Below are positions 1 through 6,598 of a stretch of 15,372 nucleotides of DNA, one piece after another. This DNA is from an uncultured Methanosarcinales archaeon. Its GTDB lineage: Archaea; Nanobdellota; Nanobdellia; Woesearchaeales; ARS49. Every line of letters starts with the position of its first letter. Within the stretch, counting starts at the first letter, position 1. Location of the stretch: NCBI GenBank assembly GCA_964637115.1, contig CAZWVL010000016.1:1-15372 (forward strand), read 5' to 3'. A program made the translations under genes and the position numbers. Below the pieces are notes generated by a model. It worked only from the letters and a program-made list of their open reading frames with translations. It was not told where the DNA came from and ran no database searches.

Positions 1-18
1 CTTCATTTCACTATCCTT

Positions 19-33
19 AGAAAGCTTTATAAA
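19..33 (+). promoter_or_regulatory. Archaeal BRE + TATA promoter of the rps13 operon
   Basis: AGAAAGC (purine-rich, BRE-like) directly followed by TTTATAAA at 26-33. Typical archaeal spacing puts the TSS near 56-58, giving a ~65-nt leader before the ATG at 122. Confidence 0.75.
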
Positions 34-57
34 TAACCCCCTTGTCCCGTCTATTAT

Positions 58-116
58 CGCCCGAGTTCCAACGAGGAGCGCATTTAGGGTGGAATGAATT
101 GCTTCATTCTACCTAA
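58..116 (+). promoter_or_regulatory. Structured 5' leader (two hairpins) of rps13
   Basis: Hairpin 84-116: 14 bp (incl. one G-U) with one bulged G and a TTGC loop, ending 5 nt before the ATG. Weaker hairpin 58-80 with tandem G.A pairs. Paired by eye. Confidence 0.5.
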
Positions 117-121
117 CTACT

Positions 122-598
122 ATGGCAGAATTCAAACACCTGATTCGTATTGCAAACACAGACTTGGATGGCAAGAAAGCAGTAGTGTATGCTTTGAAAG
201 ACATCCGTGGAGTTGGTGTTCCTTTAGCGCACGCCGTTTGTCAGGTTGCAAAAATCGATGGCCTGTCTAAGTCGGGTAACTTGTCTGATGCAGAAGCGAA
301 GAAGTTGGACGAAGTTATCAAAGACCCTGCCAAGCACGGCATTCCTGCGTGGATGTTTAACAGGCGTCATGACTTGGACACAGGCATTGACAAGCACGTT
401 ATTACAAACGACCTTATTTTCAACAAAGAAAACGATATCAAGCTGATGAAGCGTATCAAGTGCTATAAAGGCGTCCGTCATTCTCAGAATGCTCCAGTGC
501 GTGGTCAGCGTACCAGAAGCAACTTCAGGGCAAACAAGGGCAAGGTTATGGGCGTCAAGACTGGCGGTGCCAAGAAACCAGCTCCTGCAGGTAAGTAA
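122..598 (+). CDS. rps13: 30S ribosomal protein uS13
   Basis: N-terminal IRIANTDLDGKK, GIPAWMFNRRHD and C-terminal YKGVRH..PVRGQRTRSNFR are archaeal uS13 motifs; first gene of the canonical S13-S4-S11-RpoD cluster. Confidence 0.98.
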   Translation: MAEFKHLIRIANTDLDGKKAVVYALKDIRGVGVPLAHAVCQVAKIDGLSKSGNLSDAEAKKLDEVIKDPAKHGIPAWMFNRRHDLDTGIDKHVITNDLIFNKENDIKLMKRIKCYKGVRHSQNAPVRGQRTRSNFRANKGKVMGVKTGGAKKPAPAGK

Positions 599-600
599 AA

Positions 601-1257
601 ATGGGTGACCCAAGAAAAATTAAGAGTAAGTATGCTGGTCCTGGTCATCCATGGCAGCGCGCAAGAATTGAGGAAGAGCGTATTCTCGTCAGGGAATATG
701 GTCTCACCACCAAGCGTGAATTGTGGAAAATCACCAGCAAGCTCAAAACTTTTGCTAACCAGGCAAAGCGTCTTATCGCACTTCGTACAACTCAGGCAGA
801 ACTCGAGAAGAAACAATTGCTTGACAGAGTTGCGCGCCTTGGTTTGCTGCCGGCAGGCGCAAAGCTGGATGACGTCCTTGCATTGACAGTCAAAAATTTG
901 CTTAACAGGCGTTTACAAACTTTAGTTCTTAAGAAAGGTTTGGCAAGAACGCCGTTGCAGTCAAGGCAATTTATCGTGCACGAGCACGTGATGGTTGGCC
1001 AAAACAAAATCACCGCGCCAAGTTACTTGGTTCCAATCGAACAAGAACCTCAAATTTCTTTTGTAGCCAACAGTTCTTTGGCAAGTGCTGAGCATCCCGA
1101 GCGTGCTATCAAGTCAAAGCCTAAATCATTTATTGCAAGGGCAGCTGCTGGCAAAAAGCCGTTTGAAAGAAGAGGACAAAGAAGGCCTCAAAACAGAACA
1201 CCGAGTAAGCCGGTAGCAGCAGTAAAAAAGCCGGAAGCAAAAGGTGAGAAGAAATGA
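601..1257 (+). CDS. rps4: 30S ribosomal protein uS4 (with basic C-terminal tail)
   Basis: [43 protein letters not shown] (S4 domain); conserved position. Confidence 0.97.
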   Translation: MGDPRKIKSKYAGPGHPWQRARIEEERILVREYGLTTKRELWKITSKLKTFANQAKRLIALRTTQAELEKKQLLDRVARLGLLPAGAKLDDVLALTVKNLLNRRLQTLVLKKGLARTPLQSRQFIVHEHVMVGQNKITAPSYLVPIEQEPQISFVANSSLASAEHPERAIKSKPKSFIARAAAGKKPFERRGQRRPQNRTPSKPVAAVKKPEAKGEKK

Positions 1258-1646
1258 GAGAAATCAGATGGGGTCTTGTTCATATTTACGCATCATATAA
1301 CGACACGATAATTCACATTACTGATATTACAGGAACGGAAACGCTTGCAGTGGCGAGCGGTGGTATGATGGTTAAAGCTGATCGTTTGGAAAGCTCTCCG
1401 ACTGCTGCGATGATGGCTGCAAAGCGTGCGGCTGAAACAGCTTTGGAAAAAGGTATTGAGGGCATTCACGTTAAAGTTCGCGCTCCTGGCGGTCATAATG
1501 GTCCGCACTCACCTGGTCCTGGGGCTCAGGCAGCAATTCGTGCTTTGAGCAGAATGGGTCTTAAGATTGGAATTATTGAGGATGTAACACCGGTTCCGCA
1601 CGGTGGTTGCAGGAAGAAGGGCGGTAAGCGAGGACGACGCGTATGA
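1254..1646 (+). CDS. rps11: 30S ribosomal protein uS11
   Basis: [53 protein letters not shown]; SD-like AGGTGA at 1242-1247; ATGA overlap with rps4. Confidence 0.98.
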   Translation: MREIRWGLVHIYASYNDTIIHITDITGTETLAVASGGMMVKADRLESSPTAAMMAAKRAAETALEKGIEGIHVKVRAPGGHNGPHSPGPGAQAAIRALSRMGLKIGIIEDVTPVPHGGCRKKGGKRGRRV

Positions 1647-2410
1647 TTGAAACAATCAAAAAGGACAAGAAAACAGGAAGAGTAACTTTTCTGTTGAAGA
1701 ACGCAAATCCGGCTCTGGCCAATGGTTTGCGTCGTATTATGATTGAGGCAGTGCCTACCATGGCAATTGAAGATGTTGAGTTTGTTCAGAACAACAGTGC
1801 GTTGTATGATGAAATCATGGCGCACCGTTTGGGTCTCTTGCCTCTCACGACTGATTTGAAAGGTTACGACAGAAAAAAGCCTGAAGATGAACTGAGTGCA
1901 AAGAACTCAGTTAAGCTCACTTTGAAAGCAAAAGGTCCGTGCACGGTTTATGCAGAAGATTTGAAGAGCAAAGATCCCAAAGTTAAGCCGGTTTTCCCAA
2001 AGACGCCGATTGTAAAGCTGCTGAAGGGTCAGGAGCTTGAGCTTGAGGCAACAGCTGTTTTGGGTGTTGGCAAAGATCACGTCAAATTTGCTCCTTGCCT
2101 TGCATGGTATACGTACAAGCCTAAAGTTGTTGTTAACAATAATCACAAAGAATTTGACAAGTTCAAGGACAAATATCCGCCGCAGATCTTTAACAATAAT
2201 AAGATTGATGCGAAGTTGATCGAGCAGCACGACTTGTATGAGGCGTGCGATGGAGTGAATGACGAAATCGTAAAGATCGAGCGCGATCCGACAACTTTTG
2301 TATTCAACATTGAGCCTTGGGGGCAATTATCGCCTTCAGAAATTTTGGCAAGTGCCTCTGACCACTTTAATGAGTTGCTGGAAGATTTTTCCAGCAAGCT
2401 CGGAAAGTAA
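1643..2410 (+). CDS. rpoD: DNA-directed RNA polymerase subunit D (Rpo3)
   Basis: [66 protein letters not shown]; follows rps11 as in other archaea. Confidence 0.96.
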   Translation: MIETIKKDKKTGRVTFLLKNANPALANGLRRIMIEAVPTMAIEDVEFVQNNSALYDEIMAHRLGLLPLTTDLKGYDRKKPEDELSAKNSVKLTLKAKGPCTVYAEDLKSKDPKVKPVFPKTPIVKLLKGQELELEATAVLGVGKDHVKFAPCLAWYTYKPKVVVNNNHKEFDKFKDKYPPQIFNNNKIDAKLIEQHDLYEACDGVNDEIVKIERDPTTFVFNIEPWGQLSPSEILASASDHFNELLEDFSSKLGK

Positions 2411-2424
2411 ATATATCACCCTAC

Positions 2425-2510
2425 GCGGGGGTGGCAGAGCCTGGTCAAATGCGCTGGCTTGAGGTGCCAGTTCCTTAGTGGATGCGAGGGTTCAAATCCC
2501 TTCCCCCGCA
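2425..2510 (+). tRNA. trnL: tRNA-Leu (anticodon GAG), intronless, CCA not encoded
   Basis: Acceptor GCGGGGG/CCCCCGC, discriminator A; anticodon stem CTGGC/GCCAG with loop TT-GAG-GT; long variable arm; T loop TTCAAAT. tRNA-Leu between rpoD and rpl18e is a known archaeal arrangement. Confidence 0.96.
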
Positions 2511-2513
2511 TTA

Positions 2514-2576
2514 GATCCCGCGGGGATCGAGAAGGGGCCGGCGGTTAAGGCCCCTTAGGTATGGCTGCGAAGCCTA
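2514..2576 (+). other. GC-rich structured spacer (three tandem hairpins) between tRNA-Leu and rpl18e
   Basis: GATCCC/GGGATC (2514-2528); AAGGGGCC/GGCCCCTT 8 bp (2532-2556); GGCT-GCGA-AGCC GNRA tetraloop hairpin (2563-2574). Confidence 0.55.
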
Positions 2577-2589
2577 AAATCAAACGAAC

Positions 2590-2952
2590 ATGAAACGCAC
2601 AGGACCAACAAATCCGGTAATGCAGGAGCTCATTCAGAGCTTGCGCAAAGAAAGCACTATTTCGCAGGCTGCGCTTTGGGACCGGGTTGCTGACGACTTG
2701 GAAAAGCCGACAAGGCAGCGTCGTGTCGTCAACATCAGCCGTATTGCTCTTTATACAAAGCCTAACGAAACCATTGTTGTTCCCGGAAAAGTTCTTGGTT
2801 CTGGTGCTTTGCAGCACAGTGTTGTCGTTGCTGCGCTTTCTTTTAGCACTGGTGCAAAAGAGCGCATTGAAGAGGCGAAGGGAAAAGCTATCACAATTGA
2901 ACAATTGCTTAAACAAAAACCAAAGGCAAAGGACCTGAAACTCCTTGGATAA
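2590..2952 (+). CDS. rpl18e: 50S ribosomal protein eL18
   Basis: TNP..QELI..L, W.RVA.DLEKPTRQRRVVNISRI, VVPGKVLGSG, AALSFS..AKERI. Confidence 0.97.
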   Translation: MKRTGPTNPVMQELIQSLRKESTISQAALWDRVADDLEKPTRQRRVVNISRIALYTKPNETIVVPGKVLGSGALQHSVVVAALSFSTGAKERIEEAKGKAITIEQLLKQKPKAKDLKLLG

Positions 2953-2953
2953 A

Positions 2954-3379
2954 ATGGCAGAACTTAATATTGATGCAACAAATGCGATTGCAGGACGCTT
3001 GGCTAGTTATGTTGCCAAGCAGGCATTGCTTGGTAATGCTGTGAACATTTTCAATTGTGAGAATGCAATCATCTCTGGTGACCCAAAAGCAGTGCGTGAC
3101 AAATATTATTATCGTTTTTTCAAGCTGGGGCAGCCCTTCCGCGGTCCATTTAACAGTAGAATGCCTGATCGTTTCATGCGCAGAATGGTTCGTGGTATGG
3201 TCGAGCACAAGCAGGGCCGTGGCAAGGAAGCATTTGAGCGCGTGATGTGTTATATTGGCGTTCCTGTTGAGTTTCAGAATAAAAAATTGTCAAAGGTCGG
3301 TAAGACTGCAGATGAATTGCCGAAGTTGAAGTATCAGACAGTTGGGCAATTGCTTGTATCATTGGGAGGGAAAGTATGA
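2954..3379 (+). CDS. rpl13: 50S ribosomal protein uL13
   Basis: IDATNAIAGRLAS.VAKQAL.G, NCENAIISG, RGPF..RMPDR..RRMVRGM, G..AFERV.CYIGVP. Start moved from the track's TTG 2945 to ATG 2954, 1 nt after the rpl18e stop. Confidence 0.96.
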   Translation: MAELNIDATNAIAGRLASYVAKQALLGNAVNIFNCENAIISGDPKAVRDKYYYRFFKLGQPFRGPFNSRMPDRFMRRMVRGMVEHKQGRGKEAFERVMCYIGVPVEFQNKKLSKVGKTADELPKLKYQTVGQLLVSLGGKV

Positions 3380-3771
3380 AAGTTATTCACCAGTGCGGAA
3401 CTCGAAAGACGGCTGTTGCTCGTGCAACGTTAGTTCCTGGTGCTGGCATTTTGCGTGTTAACAAGCGTTTAGTTTCAACACTGCCGGCTAACATGTTCCG
3501 TGCTAAGATTGAGGAATCAATGCTGCTTGCAGGAGACGTTGCAAGTAAGGTGAATGTCGATGTTACCGTTTCTGGCGGAGGCTCGAACGGCCAGGCTGAA
3601 GCTGTCCGTCTTGCTATTGCAAAGGCATTAGCTCAGTTTGACAAAAAATTGCGTTCAAAATATCTTGACTATGACCGTATGTTTACGGTTGCTGACGTTC
3701 GCAGGAAGGAAACTCATAAGCCTAACTGCCACGGTAAGGCAAGAGCTATGAGACAAAAATCCTATCGTTGA
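3376..3771 (+). CDS. rps9: 30S ribosomal protein uS9
   Basis: G.RKTAVARA, V.GGG.NGQAEA.R.AIAKAL, DR...VAD.RRKE, C-terminal RQKSYR; SD GGGAGGG at 3364-3370. Confidence 0.97.
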   Translation: MKVIHQCGTRKTAVARATLVPGAGILRVNKRLVSTLPANMFRAKIEESMLLAGDVASKVNVDVTVSGGGSNGQAEAVRLAIAKALAQFDKKLRSKYLDYDRMFTVADVRRKETHKPNCHGKARAMRQKSYR

Positions 3772-3783
3772 GGAGGCCAAAAC

Positions 3784-3981
3784 ATGATGATTCCAATTCG
3801 GTGCTGGAGCTGCGGCAAACCAATTGCCCAGGCGTGGGAAGAGTTTGAAGAACGTTCAAAGAAAGGCGAAAGCAAGAAAGACGTTCTGGATGACTTGGGT
3901 GTTGAGCGTTATTGCTGCCGTGCAATGTTCCTCGGCCACGTTGACTTGATAGATACGGTCGCTCAGTTCAAGAAGAATTAA
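3784..3981 (+). CDS. rpoN: DNA-directed RNA polymerase subunit N (Rpo10)
   Basis: MMIPIRCWSCGKPI...VLDDLGVERYCCRAMFL.HVDL with the CxxC...CC zinc ligands; SD GAGGAGG at 3770-3776. Confidence 0.98.
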   Translation: MMIPIRCWSCGKPIAQAWEEFEERSKKGESKKDVLDDLGVERYCCRAMFLGHVDLIDTVAQFKKN

Positions 3982-4556
3982 TGGCACATAATAACGTCGA
4001 AATTGAAATCAAAATTCAATTGGACGAGAAGACGTTCTTAAAAGTTCAGGAACAGCTTAAATCAACTGCCAAACTAATTAAAAGTGAGCGGGAAATCGAC
4101 GAGTACTTTACTCCTTCACACAGAAATTTTGTTTCACCGCAGTTTCCATACGAGTGGCTGCGGCTGAGGAAGAGGGGAAGTTCAGCCATTCTTACGTACA
4201 AGCATTTCCATCCTGAAAACGTTGAAAAAACCACACATTGTGATGAGTTTGAGAGCAAAGTTGAAAATGATGAACAATTGCAGAAAATTCTGAAAGCGCT
4301 TGATTTTCAGAAACTAATAACTGTTGATAAGTCCCGCATAACGTATCACCATAAAGATGAATTTGAGATGGCGCTTGACACCGTACAAGAACTGGGTAAT
4401 TTTATTGAGATAGAAGCGTTAAAGGATTTTGGCAGCATTGAAGCTGCCCGTGAGCGCCTTTTCGAATATGCAAAACAGCTTGGCGTTGATACTTCTAATT
4501 ATGATTTGCGCGGTTATCCATTTATGTTGCTGAAGAAGAAAGGCTTGCTGAAATGA
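3981..4556 (+). CDS. CYTH-domain (triphosphate tunnel metalloenzyme) protein, CyaB/class IV adenylate cyclase-like
   Basis: N-terminal ExExK (VEIEIK), ID.YF, WLRLRK, LTYK, K.RITY, ALD.V.ELG.FIEIE, C-terminal GYP. Substrate cannot be read from sequence. Confidence 0.88.
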   Translation: MAHNNVEIEIKIQLDEKTFLKVQEQLKSTAKLIKSEREIDEYFTPSHRNFVSPQFPYEWLRLRKRGSSAILTYKHFHPENVEKTTHCDEFESKVENDEQLQKILKALDFQKLITVDKSRITYHHKDEFEMALDTVQELGNFIEIEALKDFGSIEAARERLFEYAKQLGVDTSNYDLRGYPFMLLKKKGLLK

Positions 4557-5107
4557 TATTCGTAATAGAACACCTTGAACCTAAAGTTTTCGAGTGGTGC
4601 AAGATTGAATACAAGCATATTTCTAAGTGGGTTGGAAAAGAAAATCTTCTTTTTACCAACACAAGAAGCGCTATCTTAAAGAAGTTCGGCAAAGTTGAAC
4701 CAAAAAGTATCAAGAAATTGCGTTTCGACAAAGCCTGTGTTCTCGACCCCGAAGCAAAACAAACTCTCACTCCTGAAATTGCTAAAAAGTACAATTATTT
4801 CATTTTTGGAGGCATTCTGGGCGACGATCCTCCAAAAGAAAGAACAAAAGTTGAACTCACTCAATTCCTTCCTTATCCTTCTTACAATCTTGGCAAAGAA
4901 CAAATGAGTACAGATACCGCAGTTATTGTTACCAAGCTCATTACCGACGGCAAAGAACTCTCAAAATTAAAATTCCAGCAGGGCATCGAAATCAAGATTA
5001 GTGTATATGAGGAAGTCCATCTGCCGTACAAATACCTCATAATCAACAATAAACCCTTGCTCGCTCCCGGTATTGCCGATATGCTGAAAAGGCAGAAGAC
5101 GTTCTAG
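4553..5107 (+). CDS. Sfm1-like SPOUT-class SAM-dependent methyltransferase
   Basis: MIFVIEHLE....W..IEY, LDP.A...L.P, FIFGGILGDDPPKERT, LG.EQMSTDTAV and EEV.LPYKY parallel my recollection of yeast Sfm1 (MKYIIEHME..FSEW..LEY; FGGILGDHPPRDRT; QMTTDTA). Confidence 0.85.
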   Translation: MIFVIEHLEPKVFEWCKIEYKHISKWVGKENLLFTNTRSAILKKFGKVEPKSIKKLRFDKACVLDPEAKQTLTPEIAKKYNYFIFGGILGDDPPKERTKVELTQFLPYPSYNLGKEQMSTDTAVIVTKLITDGKELSKLKFQQGIEIKISVYEEVHLPYKYLIINNKPLLAPGIADMLKRQKTF

Positions 5108-5118
5108 TAAAGCATAAC

Positions 5119-5127
5119 TTTTTTAAG
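5119..5127 (+). promoter_or_regulatory. TATA-like box for a leaderless solute-binding protein gene; the T6 tract may also terminate the r-protein operon
   Basis: TTTTTTAAG ends 24 nt before the A of ATG 5151 (same spacing as at dim2); it lies 12 nt after the upstream stop codon. Confidence 0.5.
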
Positions 5128-5150
5128 GTTGAAGTATCTGTTTTATCTTG

Positions 5151-6236
5151 ATGAGGGTGGCTATAGCAACGGTCATTTTAGTTCTTCTAGTTGCGTGTGT
5201 GTCTGTTGAAAAGCCAACTGAAAAGCCGGTAAAGATCGGCGGTCTATTTGGTTTAACCGGATTTGCGTCTTTTGCAGGCGAAGCATCTCGCGATGGGTTC
5301 ATTATGGCAATCGAAGACTCGGGAATGAATGTGAGTTATGTCATTGAAGACTTTAAATCCGATTTAAAGGAAACAGCCACCGTCGCAAAGAAATTGATTG
5401 AAGTTGATGATGTTAAAGTAATTATCGGTCCTGAATGGAATGAATTTGCAGAGGTTGTCTGGCCCATTTCTGTCGAGAAAAAAGTCGTTTTCGTTTCGCC
5501 TTGGATGACGAGTGAAGAAATTAAGTCAGACTATTATTTCACTATGACGCCCAGCGAAAGATCGCAGATAAGAAAGCTTGGTGATTATATGGCGCGGCAA
5601 GGCGTCAGAACCGTTGTCGTGATTGCTGCAATTAATGCATGGGCATTAGGCAACGTTAAAGTTTTCAAGGACGAAATTGAAAAGGGTGGAAAGATCAAGA
5701 TTGTTGATGAATTCGAGATTGATCAAGAGGCAGTGGATTATAGAACGGAAATTCTCCAGATTAAGAAATTAAATCCAGATGCGCTTTATACGGTGCTTCC
5801 AACAGATAATGGTCAAGGCACTCTTCATCAACAATTGCAAGAATTAGATGCAAAATATCCGGTCTATCTGCCACATTCAAGAGCGGAAAGCCCGATTTTT
5901 GTTGAAAACTTCGCCAAATTTGCAAATGGAGCAATTTATTCCGCTCCGGAAAAGTATAAGAATATTGAGCAATTTAATGAAAAATATCAGGCGAGATTTG
6001 GAAAACTGCCTGGCGCCATAAGCGCTGCTACTGCATACGATGCAACGATGGTTGTTTTGGATGCTATCAAAAAAGGTGCCAGAACAAGCGAAGAAATACG
6101 TACGTACTTGCTAAATGTCAAGGACTATGATGGCTATTCAAATCTGATAAGATTTAATGAAGATGGTCAGCAGGATTTCGAGGACGTTATCATCAAGCAA
6201 ATTAGCGGAAATACTTCTGTTGTTTTAGAAGAGTGA
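5151..6236 (+). CDS. Branched-chain amino-acid-type (LivK/Peripla_BP_6 fold) extracellular solute-binding protein, probable lipoprotein
   Basis: Hydrophobic N-terminus ending in LVAC (lipobox-like); VKIGGLFGLTG..S..GE, ED.KSD..ET, V.VIIGP, DYRTEIL.IK..NPDA, F.EKYQARFG..P, AYDA..V..DAI. ATG 5151 preferred over TTG 5148. Confidence 0.85.
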   Translation: MRVAIATVILVLLVACVSVEKPTEKPVKIGGLFGLTGFASFAGEASRDGFIMAIEDSGMNVSYVIEDFKSDLKETATVAKKLIEVDDVKVIIGPEWNEFAEVVWPISVEKKVVFVSPWMTSEEIKSDYYFTMTPSERSQIRKLGDYMARQGVRTVVVIAAINAWALGNVKVFKDEIEKGGKIKIVDEFEIDQEAVDYRTEILQIKKLNPDALYTVLPTDNGQGTLHQQLQELDAKYPVYLPHSRAESPIFVENFAKFANGAIYSAPEKYKNIEQFNEKYQARFGKLPGAISAATAYDATMVVLDAIKKGARTSEEIRTYLLNVKDYDGYSNLIRFNEDGQQDFEDVIIKQISGNTSVVLEE

Positions 6237-6253
6237 AGTTCTACGGCATTAGT

Positions 6254-6267
6254 GGAAAGTTTTAAAA
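6254..6267 (+). promoter_or_regulatory. BRE + TATA promoter of tRNA-Arg
   Basis: GGAAAG followed by TTTTAAAA (6260-6267), ending 27 nt before the tRNA 5' end. Confidence 0.7.
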
Positions 6268-6293
6268 GAGAGCATAATGAAAGTTAGAGCTGT

Positions 6294-6368
6294 GGGGCCG
6301 TAGCTCAGCCTGGATAGAGCGACCGCCTTCTAAGCGGAAGATCGAGGGTTCAAATCCCTCCGGCCCCG
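6294..6368 (+). tRNA. trnR: tRNA-Arg (anticodon TCT), intronless, CCA not encoded
   Basis: Acceptor GGGGCCG/CGGCCCC, D stem GCTC/GAGC with A20 (Arg identity element), anticodon loop CT-TCT-AA, T arm GAGGG-TTCAAAT-CCCTC; followed by a T6 tract at 6373-6378. Confidence 0.96.
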
Positions 6369-6394
6369 TATATTTTTTCAAAGAGGTGAACTCA

Positions 6395-6598
6395 ATGTGT
6401 ACAAAAAAGCAAGTATTGATATTTTTGGCTGGTGCTGAAGCATTCCATTCTATAGGGCATTTGCATTTGTGGCTGTCAAATCAATCAGTTTCAGTTGCGT
6501 GGATGACCCTGTCGCCTGCGTGGAGCCGTGGCTCGTTCATAGTGAACGGTCTTATAGCAATTGGTCTGCTTTACTGGGCTTCAAAACTCAAGAAATAA
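6395..6598 (+). CDS. Small (67 aa) predicted two-helix membrane protein, unknown function
   Basis: Strong archaeal SD GAGGTGA (6383-6389) 5 nt before ATG 6395; the track's GTG 6386 start lies inside the SD. Two hydrophobic segments and a basic C-terminus. Confidence 0.75.
   Translation: MCTKKQVLIFLAGAEAFHSIGHLHLWLSNQSVSVAWMTLSPAWSRGSFIVNGLIAIGLLYWASKLKK

Noticed and set aside
3981-5107. CYTH (possible RNA triphosphatase) plus methyltransferase as a cryptic RNA-capping module
   Set aside because: There is no guanylyltransferase, and SPOUT enzymes are not known cap methylases (those are Rossmann-fold); no support beyond adjacency.
6294-6598. tRNA-Arg as the attachment site of an integrated element
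   Set aside because: No integrase and no duplicated tRNA 3' end seen in the window; only one small gene lies before top6A.
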